Source of the DNA: Promethearchaeota archaeon
GTDB lineage: Archaea > Asgardarchaeota > Lokiarchaeia > Sigyniarchaeales > SOKP01
NCBI GenBank assembly: GCA_048938445.1
Contig: JBHLME010000013.1
Location: 1-51,545, forward strand
Reading direction: 5' to 3'
Length of the DNA: 51,545 bases
Both the position numbers and the translations under genes were made by a program. Shown one piece after another: positions 20,345 to 29,748 of the stretch (the first letter of the stretch is position 1; each line of letters opens with the position of its first letter). A model generated the notes under the pieces. That model had not been told where the DNA came from. It saw nothing but the letters and a program-made list of their open reading frames with translations, and did not search any database.

Positions 20345-21406
20345 CTGAGTGAGAACACCAAATTAGAGTTAAAAAATCAAACGATATATTTTCGATCCTC
20401 TGAGGATATGCGAGAATTAGAAAATGAATCAATTGACGTGATAATCACTTCACCACCTTATAATAGGGGTAAGACGTATTCTTCTGACCGAGGTGAACAA
20501 TTCAATGATAGTAAGGAATTAGATGAATATCTATCTCTTTTAAAGCGAGTGTGGAAGGAGTGTTTAAGAGTTTCAAAATCTACTTCCGTTTTTTTTCTCA
20601 ATATAGGGGATTCTGCTTCGGATCAAGGAATTTCAGAAAAGGTTGCGCTCTCGATGGAAGAAGTTGGTTGGATTCGCATCCAAGATATCGTATGGATAAA
20701 ATCATTCTTAGGAAAGGGGCATTATACTCCTTCAGGAGGCACTAAGAGGTTAAATAATTTATGGGAACATGTTTATTTATTCGTCAAGAATAAAAACCAG
20801 TATGAATTGGACCCTAAAGAAATAGGAATTCCTTATGCTGATAAATCTAATATTGGTAGATACTCAAATATTGACTTGAGAGATGCAGGTAACATTTGGC
20901 TGATTCCATATGAAAAAACCACGGGAGCCACCATCAAAAAAGGTCACGATGCACCATTTCCAATTGGTCTCCCATATAAATGCATTAAATTGGTACCAAA
21001 TGTTGAAAAAGTATTGGATCCATTTGGTGGGACCTGTTCTACCTTAGGAGCTTGTGTAAAATTAGGGATTAAAGGAATTGCTTATGAGAAATATCCTCGT
21101 ATAGACGTGATCAAGGAAAGAATCAATGAAGGTGTTCTGTATAAAGAAGAAGATATCATTTTAATACCTCATCTTGAATTAACGGTAAAGTTGCTATCAG
21201 ATTTGCTTTCAAAATTATCATATGTCCCACAGAAAATAAAAACCAAGAAAAAATTCAATGAATTACAGATATTAAAGGATATTTTAGAAAACTTAAACCT
21301 TAACAATGCTTTTAAAAGGAATCTTAAAGTAAGAATAAATCAATACTTACAAAATCAAGAAGAAGAAAATAGTAAAAAAAACAAATTTATCCAAAAAACA
21401 TTATAA
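20345..21406 (+). CDS. Site-specific DNA methyltransferase, beta class (probably N4-cytosine), probable CTG start
   Basis: TSPPY precedes HDAPFP and VLDPFGGT. The frame extends upstream of ATG 20408 to CTG 20345 and includes the expected IYFRSSEDM segment. Confidence 0.85.
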   Translation: MSENTKLELKNQTIYFRSSEDMRELENESIDVIITSPPYNRGKTYSSDRGEQFNDSKELDEYLSLLKRVWKECLRVSKSTSVFFLNIGDSASDQGISEKVALSMEEVGWIRIQDIVWIKSFLGKGHYTPSGGTKRLNNLWEHVYLFVKNKNQYELDPKEIGIPYADKSNIGRYSNIDLRDAGNIWLIPYEKTTGATIKKGHDAPFPIGLPYKCIKLVPNVEKVLDPFGGTCSTLGACVKLGIKGIAYEKYPRIDVIKERINEGVLYKEEDIILIPHLELTVKLLSDLLSKLSYVPQKIKTKKKFNELQILKDILENLNLNNAFKRNLKVRINQYLQNQEEENSKKNKFIQKTL

Positions 21407-21683
21407 CTTTTCTTTTACTATTTAAGTTTATTATCTCACGGAACTTTCAAATATAGGTATTAATGCATCTTAATTATGATAATAAAAGACTTTTTATCTA
21501 TTAAAACTAATGTGAAACATTAATAATTATAAAAAAGAGTAATATTTGTTATAATATAAAATAGAAATTCTGAAATTAATCATAAGAAACATTTAAATAT
21601 ACAAGACCGTCACTACTCTATTATAAGAAATTTTATCAATTATATAAGCTCATTAGGGTTTTAATTAGTATATAGAGGTTTTA

Positions 21684-21929
21684 ATGATAATGTTTCCAGA
21701 CATAAAACTAGATAATAAGATTAGAAATAATAAGGATTTTATGGCAGAAATCCAAATGCACATTGATTTTGATAAAAATGAGAAGGTTCTTTACAATAAT
21801 CTATATTTTAAAGGATGTAAATATGTCCTTAAGATGCCAATCTACTCGATTAAGAATGAATGTTTATTTAATGAATGTAAAATAGAAAGATTCAAGTTTA
21901 ATAATCAAGTGTTTTTTTTGCATTACTGA
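21684..21929 (+). CDS. Hypothetical small protein, paralog of 44376-44591
   Basis: The two share an IDFDK...Y.N.Y....K.V.K.P...I..F...N..F...Y pattern. Confidence 0.65.
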   Translation: MIMFPDIKLDNKIRNNKDFMAEIQMHIDFDKNEKVLYNNLYFKGCKYVLKMPIYSIKNECLFNECKIERFKFNNQVFFLHY

Positions 21930-22166
21930 TGGTATTGATAAGAATATGGGGAAGATTTTTGATATTAGAGATTATGAGATTAATCAATCTAATATAAAAA
22001 TACTCCTAATTGTATTGTATTCATGCAAAAATAAATTTATCATTGTTTTGTATTATCATAAATTTATTATAAATGGTGAAGTGAATTTAGAAATTTAAAG
22101 AGTTAGACATTAAAATATATCACATACCCAAAATATAAATTTATAAAAATTTACTATTGATCTAAG

Positions 22167-22799
22167 ATGTCATCAAATAATTCGTCAGAAACTGAAATTC
22201 GAATGGTATGTCCACATTGTAAAATTAGTTTCAAAAAACAAATGGACGTCCAAAATATTGATGGATTATATACTACGTTAATAAACAAACATCCTAATGG
22301 AGAAAATTGCCCTCCATTCTTAGCTTTTATTGATTCGGCAGGAAAACACCGAGGCTCTCAAAAAATTGATAATATTGAGCATGGTTTCACTATTAATGAA
22401 CAAATTGTACAAAATGCTCGTAATAGGATAAATGAACTTAAAGATGCCATACGCTTTTACCATTTAAAAATCCCACGTGAAAAGGGAAGAGGATTTGAAC
22501 AAAAAATCTCAAATGTTACCGATCGTGTATTAATGGGTTCAAGAGCTTATACAATCTTGATGGAATCTCTAACTGCGACTCAAGTGGAAAACATGTTTGG
22601 CATGATAACGATGGAAAAAAGGAAAAATTTCGATGGAGGATTATTAGTGTATGGAAAATATAATGGATTGATATACACATTGTTTTGGAAAGATCAAAAA
22701 TCTCTTCAGAATCAATCCATTGTAGAAATCCAAGCAAATGCTAATCTTACCGTTGAAAAATTATTAGACATTTATGATTTAATGGATCTCTTCCTTTAA
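22167..22799 (+). CDS. Hypothetical protein with N-terminal CxxC...C metal-binding domain
   Basis: CPHC...C..FLAFIDSAGKHRGSQKID, similar to the N-terminus of 40632-41480. Confidence 0.7.
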   Translation: MSSNNSSETEIRMVCPHCKISFKKQMDVQNIDGLYTTLINKHPNGENCPPFLAFIDSAGKHRGSQKIDNIEHGFTINEQIVQNARNRINELKDAIRFYHLKIPREKGRGFEQKISNVTDRVLMGSRAYTILMESLTATQVENMFGMITMEKRKNFDGGLLVYGKYNGLIYTLFWKDQKSLQNQSIVEIQANANLTVEKLLDIYDLMDLFL

Positions 22800-23020
22800 A
22801 AATGAATTATTTTGAAATTAATTATCCTTTATCACTAAAATATCTAATTTTTCTAATTTTATATCAAATATTATATTTTTAAGAGATAAAAACTTATTTC
22901 TATTGAAAATGCGAATGTTTAATGCTATAACACGAACGAATGCTGATTTTTTATAACATATAAATAACCGTATTATTTTCAATTTAATAGCTATTTAATC
23001 CCTTCCTTCTTTACTTACCA

Positions 23021-23839
23021 ATGCAGGTCTCGATAGATCAATTAGCTGAGGAAATATTCAATCAAAACGTGAAAAACATAGAATTAATTAGTTATTTTAA
23101 GAGATCTACAGAAAAATCCCCCGTTTTTTTAAGTGTCATTAATAGAAATTATGCTGAAATAAGACCACTTCTTTCCAATAATCTAATTATTGCTTTAGAA
23201 CCCGTAAAAAGCTATATTTTTAATATTGATGCTTTAGAAAATTGTTTTTATGAATCATATCAAGAAAAAATCGATTTTTTAAAGGATGAAATTTGGAAGA
23301 GAAAAAGAGCAAAAACAAAGCTCATTAATATGACTGAGGAAATGGAACCTGAAGAAGGAGATCAAGAGTATGAACTAAAATTAAAATCTTGTCTTGAATT
23401 TGCCCGTAAATCTATAGATTCATTGGATAAAATGGAATTAGAAAAAGAAGATTTTAACAAGATGGTTGCTAATTATCAAGCGAAAATGAAAGAGGATCCT
23501 ATCTATAAATTTTTACTCTATGTGAGAAATGATAAAGATTTCATGTTTAATAAAAGGACTGAAGATAACGAAGGAGTCATTCGTAAGAAAATAATAAGTT
23601 ATTCTGAGGCTAGTATGCCCGGAAACGCGAAACAATTTTTCACGATATTAAAGAAACGAGGATTTTATAAGGAGTATGCCCCTGCTCAAAATTATTACAT
23701 AACGGAATTAGGATTATTGATTGATAATAAACTAAAAAAGCGTAATTGGGAGCTAGATGATGAAGACTTTGAAAAATTTGAAGAAGAGATTGCACAAGAA
23801 GAGGAATTCAACTGCTTAAAAGACAATTTTGGCTTCTAA
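23021..23839 (+). CDS. Hypothetical protein, tandem paralog 1 (wHTH-like ends, central coiled coil)
   Basis: 272 aa; collinear with 23943-24761 (EMEPEEGD, KKIISYS, YITELG, EIAQEEEF..FGF). Confidence 0.8.
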   Translation: MQVSIDQLAEEIFNQNVKNIELISYFKRSTEKSPVFLSVINRNYAEIRPLLSNNLIIALEPVKSYIFNIDALENCFYESYQEKIDFLKDEIWKRKRAKTKLINMTEEMEPEEGDQEYELKLKSCLEFARKSIDSLDKMELEKEDFNKMVANYQAKMKEDPIYKFLLYVRNDKDFMFNKRTEDNEGVIRKKIISYSEASMPGNAKQFFTILKKRGFYKEYAPAQNYYITELGLLIDNKLKKRNWELDDEDFEKFEEEIAQEEEFNCLKDNFGF

Positions 23840-23942
23840 GAACAAATTTATTCAATTTCGATTAATTTTAAGAATATTACTTACGTAGTTCGAATATATT
23901 AAATTGATCTATTTTTAATATATGTTTAACGTAGTATAATGT

Positions 23943-24761
23943 ATGGTAGAGTTATTTCAGCAGGAAGAAGAAGAATCACTTGAAAACAAATTAGAACATG
24001 TTCAATTGATAAACTATTTCAAGAAAGCGACAAGTAAAACTCCCGTATTTTTAACAAGTATTCAAAAAAAGTATCATGAAATAAAGCCTCTCCTTGAAAT
24101 GGGATTAATTCAATGCCAAGATCCTGAATGCAGTTACATTTTTAATATTGATAAGTTAGAAAATTATTTCTATTCAAAATATCAAGAACAAATTGATAAT
24201 TTGAGATTAAAAATTCAAGATGCTAAAAGGAAAAAGAAAGAATTGATGAAGCTTGTAGCAGAGATGGAACCTGAAGAAGGAGATCCTGATTATGATGATA
24301 AACTATTCAATTGTCTATTATTTGCGAGAAAAGCAACGCAAGAATCTCAGACTATTGAAGAAGAAAGAGAAAAAATGACTAAAATAATGAAAAAAATGGC
24401 TAATAAAATGAGAAAAGATCCATTCTTTGAGTTCCTACTTTATATTAGAAATGATAGATCTATCACTTTTAATAAAAGAGTGCTTGACGAAGATAGCCTG
24501 ATAAAGAAAAAGATAATCTCTTATTCGAATGCTTGCTGCAAAAATGAGGATACCATTTTATATAAGGAACTTAAGAAAATGGGATTTTTTAAGGCTTATG
24601 GACCAGCAAAAAGTTATTTTATTACTGATTTAGGGAAAAACATTGATAAGCAATTAAATAATCTCGTTTGGATAGAAGATGAGAATTCATATGAAAAAAA
24701 TGCTGCTGAAATTGCTCAAGAAGAGGAATTTGAATTAATTCGAGAAAAGTTTGGCTTCTGA
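23943..24761 (+). CDS. Hypothetical protein, tandem paralog 2
   Basis: 272 aa with the same motifs as 23021-23839. Confidence 0.8.
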   Translation: MVELFQQEEEESLENKLEHVQLINYFKKATSKTPVFLTSIQKKYHEIKPLLEMGLIQCQDPECSYIFNIDKLENYFYSKYQEQIDNLRLKIQDAKRKKKELMKLVAEMEPEEGDPDYDDKLFNCLLFARKATQESQTIEEEREKMTKIMKKMANKMRKDPFFEFLLYIRNDRSITFNKRVLDEDSLIKKKIISYSNACCKNEDTILYKELKKMGFFKAYGPAKSYFITDLGKNIDKQLNNLVWIEDENSYEKNAAEIAQEEEFELIREKFGF

Positions 24762-24902
24762 TTCATAAATTAAGAAAATATCAAATCTTAATCTTAAAAG
24801 ATTCATATCTAATGTATCGTAGTTTATTTAAATAATAGAATGCTAGATCTAATTCATACCCATAACACTCTCTATTATAAATAAAAAAAACATAAGTTTA
24901 CC

Positions 24903-25682
24903 ATGATATCGTTTATAATATGTGCTTTCTTGGTTGGATGGAGCATATACAAGCGTACTCGACCTGAAGGAAAAATTGAAGGGATGCCCCTTGGACTACC
25001 TCGCGGTACAGTTAGAGCCATAATTACCATCGTGATCGTGTCATTTCCCGTTCAATTAATTCTAACTGGCACCCAAATACCTGGTTTGGTTATTAATTCG
25101 ATATTTATTATTGTTGCGTTTTACTATGAAGCACGAAAACCTGGCGAAGACCGTCTTAAAAGAATTATTAAAGAATTAAAAAATCCTGAAAAACATAAAA
25201 TTGAAGAAAAAAGAATTATTAAACCACTCTATTTGCCTAAATACTCCGTGAGGATAATATTATTATTATTACTATTGCTAATAATAGGATTAAGTATATT
25301 AACCGAAACAGTTATTCAAACGACAAATACAATAATGGATATCATATTAATAATTGGACTTTACATGCTAGGCTCTCTTTTAAGGGGCATTGGCGTTCGC
25401 AGTGAACGTAAAAAAATCAAGGAACAAATTGCGAAAATAAAAGATTATCAAACAATGTCTCGATACCAATTAATAGAACAATTAATGGAAGAAAAACTTA
25501 CTTGGTGGCAACGTAAAGGAAAAAGTATTCTATCTTTATTCACATTAACTTGCGTTATTATATCGTTAGCTTTATATACCGCTAATTTGGAAATTGTTTT
25601 AGTAGAAAATCCATACTATTTTATCTCACTTCAGGGACTTCTATTATTAACCATTAACTTGTACTATGGTATTCGGGAATAA
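24903..25682 (+). CDS. Membrane protein with internal duplication
   Basis: PLGLPRGTVRAII and PLYLPKYSVRIIL each precede a pair of transmembrane helices. Confidence 0.7.
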   Translation: MISFIICAFLVGWSIYKRTRPEGKIEGMPLGLPRGTVRAIITIVIVSFPVQLILTGTQIPGLVINSIFIIVAFYYEARKPGEDRLKRIIKELKNPEKHKIEEKRIIKPLYLPKYSVRIILLLLLLLIIGLSILTETVIQTTNTIMDIILIIGLYMLGSLLRGIGVRSERKKIKEQIAKIKDYQTMSRYQLIEQLMEEKLTWWQRKGKSILSLFTLTCVIISLALYTANLEIVLVENPYYFISLQGLLLLTINLYYGIRE

Positions 25683-25886
25683 AAATACAAATATTCTTCT
25701 TTTTTTTTATTTAACATAATTTTAAAAATAACTTCTATTTCTAAATTATTAGATTAATTTAAAGAATTCCATTAAAGTTTTAGTTAAATATTAATGAGGG
25801 TCGCGGGTTATTTTTTTCTGTAATATTTTCGGACGCTTAGCACATGTAAATATCTTTTAAAAACTATAAAAAACTTTGGGGGTTCC

Positions 25887-27500
25887 TTGATGTTTAATGA
25901 AATAAAATCATTTGATACAAGACCACTTATTAAAATAATTGAAAAAGGTCAAGATTGGATTCTTGACCGTTTATTTACTTATGCTACTAAATTTAATTTT
26001 GTAAAGTATACATCTACTCTTAAAGAAGCCTGGAGGATATCCATTGAAGGATTAACTGAACCATTAATAGAAGCACTTAAGCAGACAAATAAAGTGCCTG
26101 ATTTTGGTCCTGATGAGGACTTTATGAAGGATTCAATTGCATCATTTGGTATTTTAGAAGCACAGAGACATAGAGATCGTGGCGTGACGCTAGGGATGTT
26201 TCTGGGATTAATCAAGTATTACAAGCAATCATATATAGACTTGATAATAGAAAGCGGTTTTGAAAGGCAATATGAAGATTATTGTAGACTTTATATAGAT
26301 AGATTTTTTGACCGAGTCGAATTGGGTTTTTCTACTGAATGGGTGTCAAAACCTCAAGAGCAACTCATACAAGATCTCCAAGATACTAATCGAAGAATGA
26401 CAAATGAAAAGAATAAATATCTTACTTTTTTTGAAAGCCTACCAAATCCGGCGATTTTTATTAATTTACATAACAAAATAGAGAACATAAATAATAGTGG
26501 ATCAAAAATATTTGGATTTTCAAAAGTTCCCGGAGCGTTATATTATAGTGAAATAAAAGATAATACCATACCACTTTGGATGAAAGATGAGTTAAACAAA
26601 TTCATTACAGAAGACTTAGAAGAATTTAATTATGAAAAATCAATTGAGACGAATATAGGTCCACGTTATTTTAATATAATGATGAAAAAAATGCTTGATG
26701 TCAGTTCCAAATTTAGCGGAGTAATTATTATTTTAAATGATCTTACTAAACGCATCGAAGCAGAACAAAAATTAAAAGAATCTGAAAAACGTTATAGAAG
26801 AGCATATGATCAAGCAAATATGTTTAAGGATATTATAATACACGACATAAATAATATTCTTCAAATAATTCAGTCATCAGGAGAACTTTATTCATCTTGT
26901 CGAAATGAACCAGAAGATTTGAAAGAAATTGATAATTTACTTGAAATGATAAAAAAGGCAGTTGAAAGGGGAGTGGCTTTAGTCTCCAATGCTCGAAAAT
27001 TATCCCAGCTTGAAGATGCAAGAATGTCCATTCAATCGATGGAAATGTTTAATATTTTGCATGAATCAATCAATACTCTCAAGTTAAATTTTAAGGACCA
27101 AAATATCAACGTGAAAATTCAAACTTATAGCGATCATATAACCATTAATGCAAATGAACTACTTACAGACGTGTTTGATAATATTTTAGTAAATGCCGTG
27201 AAATACAGTGAAAATACAACGATAGAAATTAAAATAATTATCTCTAAAGAGCAAGAGGAGAATGAAAGTTTTATTAAAATGGAATTTAGAGACAATGGAC
27301 AAGGGATTCCGGATTTTATAAAAGAAGCAATATTCCAAAAAGGTTCTAAACATAAAAGCGGAAAAGGTTTAGGTTTTGGATTATCACTCGTTATGAGAAT
27401 ATTAGAGAGTTATGGTGGCAAAATTTGGGTTGAGGATCGAGTAATTGGAGATCATACCCAAGGAAGCAATTTTGTCTTATTACTTCCTGAAGCAATGTGA
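25887..27500 (+). CDS. PAS histidine kinase with N-terminal helical (RsbRD_N/globin-like) domain
   Basis: H-box IHDINNILQ, N-box NILVNAVKY, DNGQGI and GKGLGFGL. One PAS domain and an all-helical N-terminus containing AQRHRDRG. Confidence 0.88.
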   Translation: MMFNEIKSFDTRPLIKIIEKGQDWILDRLFTYATKFNFVKYTSTLKEAWRISIEGLTEPLIEALKQTNKVPDFGPDEDFMKDSIASFGILEAQRHRDRGVTLGMFLGLIKYYKQSYIDLIIESGFERQYEDYCRLYIDRFFDRVELGFSTEWVSKPQEQLIQDLQDTNRRMTNEKNKYLTFFESLPNPAIFINLHNKIENINNSGSKIFGFSKVPGALYYSEIKDNTIPLWMKDELNKFITEDLEEFNYEKSIETNIGPRYFNIMMKKMLDVSSKFSGVIIILNDLTKRIEAEQKLKESEKRYRRAYDQANMFKDIIIHDINNILQIIQSSGELYSSCRNEPEDLKEIDNLLEMIKKAVERGVALVSNARKLSQLEDARMSIQSMEMFNILHESINTLKLNFKDQNINVKIQTYSDHITINANELLTDVFDNILVNAVKYSENTTIEIKIIISKEQEENESFIKMEFRDNGQGIPDFIKEAIFQKGSKHKSGKGLGFGLSLVMRILESYGGKIWVEDRVIGDHTQGSNFVLLLPEAM

Positions 27501-27541
27501 AAAATTGATAAATATTTCTATTTTTATAATTAAGTCTATGA

Positions 27542-27712
27542 CTATTTAGAATTACTGTTAGGTTTTTCAATTTTTCTAAATTCTTTTGTTATGAGAAATC
27601 GAATCATTTCCGTGTTATTTCTAATTCCATGGTATTCCTTAATGGCTTCTAGTTTGTCAAAAATTTCCATTTCCAAAGGAATATGCATGTCTTTACTTTT
27701 ATCGTTTACCAT
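27542..27712 (-). CDS. Ribbon-helix-helix (CopG-like) protein, 56 aa, not in the ORF track
   Basis: MVNDKSKDMHIPLEMEIFDKLEAIKEYHGIRNNTEMIRFLITKEFRKIEKPNSNSK: alternating strand, helix, G-turn, then xEMIRFLI helix. Confidence 0.75.
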   Translation of the reverse strand: MVNDKSKDMHIPLEMEIFDKLEAIKEYHGIRNNTEMIRFLITKEFRKIEKPNSNSK

Positions 27713-27772
27713 TAAAATAAATTTAAGTATAATTCTTAAAAAAAGTTATTGTTCAATTTATGAAAGTTTAAT

Positions 27773-27820
27773 GGATTAAATTTGGATTAATAGTGGGATT
27801 GAAGTGGATAAGTTAGGGAT
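27773..27820. promoter_or_regulatory. Five helically phased GGAT repeats, candidate RHH operator
   Basis: GGAT at 27773, 27784, 27796, 27806 and 27817 (spacing 11, 12, 10, 11), upstream of the RHH gene; TTTAAATA follows at 27824. Confidence 0.5.
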
Positions 27821-28081
27821 AACTTTAAATATGAAAAGTTAATATATTATTTTGTTTCCTTTCGATTAATGTAAATTCATTTAAGATTGAATCAAGATTA
27901 TCAAAGTAAATTAATACTTCAAAATATATTAAGAAAGGTTTGGATAACCAGCATCTTAGTAGGGATATATCGGCGAAATTTTTATTGAAATCGATAACTC
28001 CGCAAATTAAGTAAATAAAATGAGATAATTACGAGAATGAAAAGAGTAATAGTAAAAATCAATTAGAATGAGAAATTAAAA

Positions 28082-29047
28082 ATGATTCTATTCGTTTTAA
28101 CGATATTTGCTTTAATAGGAGGTATTATCCTCATTACTATCTCAAGTGACAAGGCAGTTAAACATACGGCCCATCTTGCAAGAGCTCTAGGCATATCTTC
28201 ACTTATAATAGGAGTTACAGTGGTATCAATCGGAACAGATCTTGCTGAAATTTTAAATTCGCTTATTTCTAGCTATTATTATCATGCAGACATTGATATG
28301 GGAGACTCTTTGGGTTCAATTTTTACTCAAATAACCTTAATTTTTGGATTATTACCTATTCTTTGTGGAATGTTCACAGTAAAACGAAAAGAAGTACTCA
28401 TTTTAGGATCATGTGAAATTATATCCTTAATTGTACTATACTCCGTTATTGAAAAGGGATACTTTACTCGAATTAATGCCCTCTTTGTAGTCGGTAGTTT
28501 AATTATTTATTTCTTAATAATTTACACAACGAATAAAGATGACTTCATTGATAGAGCCTCTAAATTCAAAATAAAAGAAATTGAAAGGAGTAAGAAATAT
28601 CATACCTTAATTGCAAGTTTAGCTTTTTTAGGAGTAACTATTAGCGCATTTACAATTGTATTTTCTATAATATATATTTCAGAAGTATTAAAAATTCCTG
28701 AATTTATCATTAGTTTTTTCCTTTTAAGCATTGGGACTTCCCTTCCAGAATTAGCTGTTGATATTAGCGCTCTTAGAAGAAAAGAACATAATATCGCACT
28801 TGGAGATATTATCGGAAGTTGTATTGTAGATGCTACATTATCAATCGGAATTGGTCAAACATTTTTTCCTCAATCTGTTTCTGCTGATCTTGCCCTGATA
28901 CCAATTATATATACTATATTCGCATCTTTCATAATATTTCTAGTTATTTTTTTAAGAAAAAAGGTAGATAAAAGAGCTGGAATTCTCTTTATAGCACTTT
29001 ATTTTTCTTCTTATTTATTTGTGCCCATTTTATATAATTTTCTATAG
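28082..29047 (+). CDS. Na+/Ca2+ exchanger (CaCA, YrbG/NCX_Mj-like)
   Basis: About 10 transmembrane helices with two alpha repeats, SIGTDLAE...GDSLGS and SIGTSLPE...GDIIGS. Confidence 0.88.
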   Translation: MILFVLTIFALIGGIILITISSDKAVKHTAHLARALGISSLIIGVTVVSIGTDLAEILNSLISSYYYHADIDMGDSLGSIFTQITLIFGLLPILCGMFTVKRKEVLILGSCEIISLIVLYSVIEKGYFTRINALFVVGSLIIYFLIIYTTNKDDFIDRASKFKIKEIERSKKYHTLIASLAFLGVTISAFTIVFSIIYISEVLKIPEFIISFFLLSIGTSLPELAVDISALRRKEHNIALGDIIGSCIVDATLSIGIGQTFFPQSVSADLALIPIIYTIFASFIIFLVIFLRKKVDKRAGILFIALYFSSYLFVPILYNFL

Positions 29048-29274
29048 GGATTTATTATAAATAAGAATAATTTGATTGTATGTTGCGAAGATACGTATTA
29101 TGTTCGTGAAAAATTAATTTAATATGATTTTTTTTTTTTTAAAGATATAATAAATATTAACTAGATTATTTTTTAAAAAATAATAATCAAATTTTTTAAG
29201 AATAATCCACAATATATATCTAATAGATACTCGAAATAAGAAAATAGAACATTATATACACGGGTATTACGAAA

Positions 29275-29460
29275 ATGATCGACATAAAACTTTACAATGC
29301 TTTTACCCATGAATGCTTATGTCTACATTGTTCAAAAAATAGAAAGATTATAAATAAAAATGGAAGAATTAAAAAATGCATAAGCTGTACCAGGTATAGA
29401 AATACACCTAATCATTACGTTAATGTATGTGATGAATGTGATGGATGTGGTACCTTTTAA
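29275..29460 (+). CDS. Small Cys-rich protein (61 aa)
   Basis: Eight Cys (CLCLHC, CISC, CDECDGC), followed by a CTCTCT-TAAT-AGAGAG hairpin. Confidence 0.55.
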   Translation: MIDIKLYNAFTHECLCLHCSKNRKIINKNGRIKKCISCTRYRNTPNHYVNVCDECDGCGTF

Positions 29461-29748
29461 ATTTCATGATTTCTAAATTTTATAAAGCACGTTCTCTCTT
29501 AATAGAGAGCTCTCAATATTAAGAAAATTAGAATTATTTTTACTTATTATTTAAAATTAAATTCTTGTGATTTTTAATTTGTGAGTTTAAAGCTTTTCTT
29601 TAAACGCTCTTAGTCTATTATATAAGCTCCAATTTAAACTACTTCAAAGATTTACCATATGAGTTTATATACTTTATGTATAATGTACATCATAAATCAA
29701 ATTAGTAAATTTAAAAGAGAGGAAAAAAAATAAGGAGGTTTTAAGCTC

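Noticed and set aside
21392-21406. Methyltransferase C-terminal QKTL as a PIP box
   Set aside because: The protein ends before the aromatic residues a PIP box needs.
27591-27779. 62-aa plus-strand ORF in the track
   Set aside because: It overlaps the better-supported RHH gene on the minus strand.
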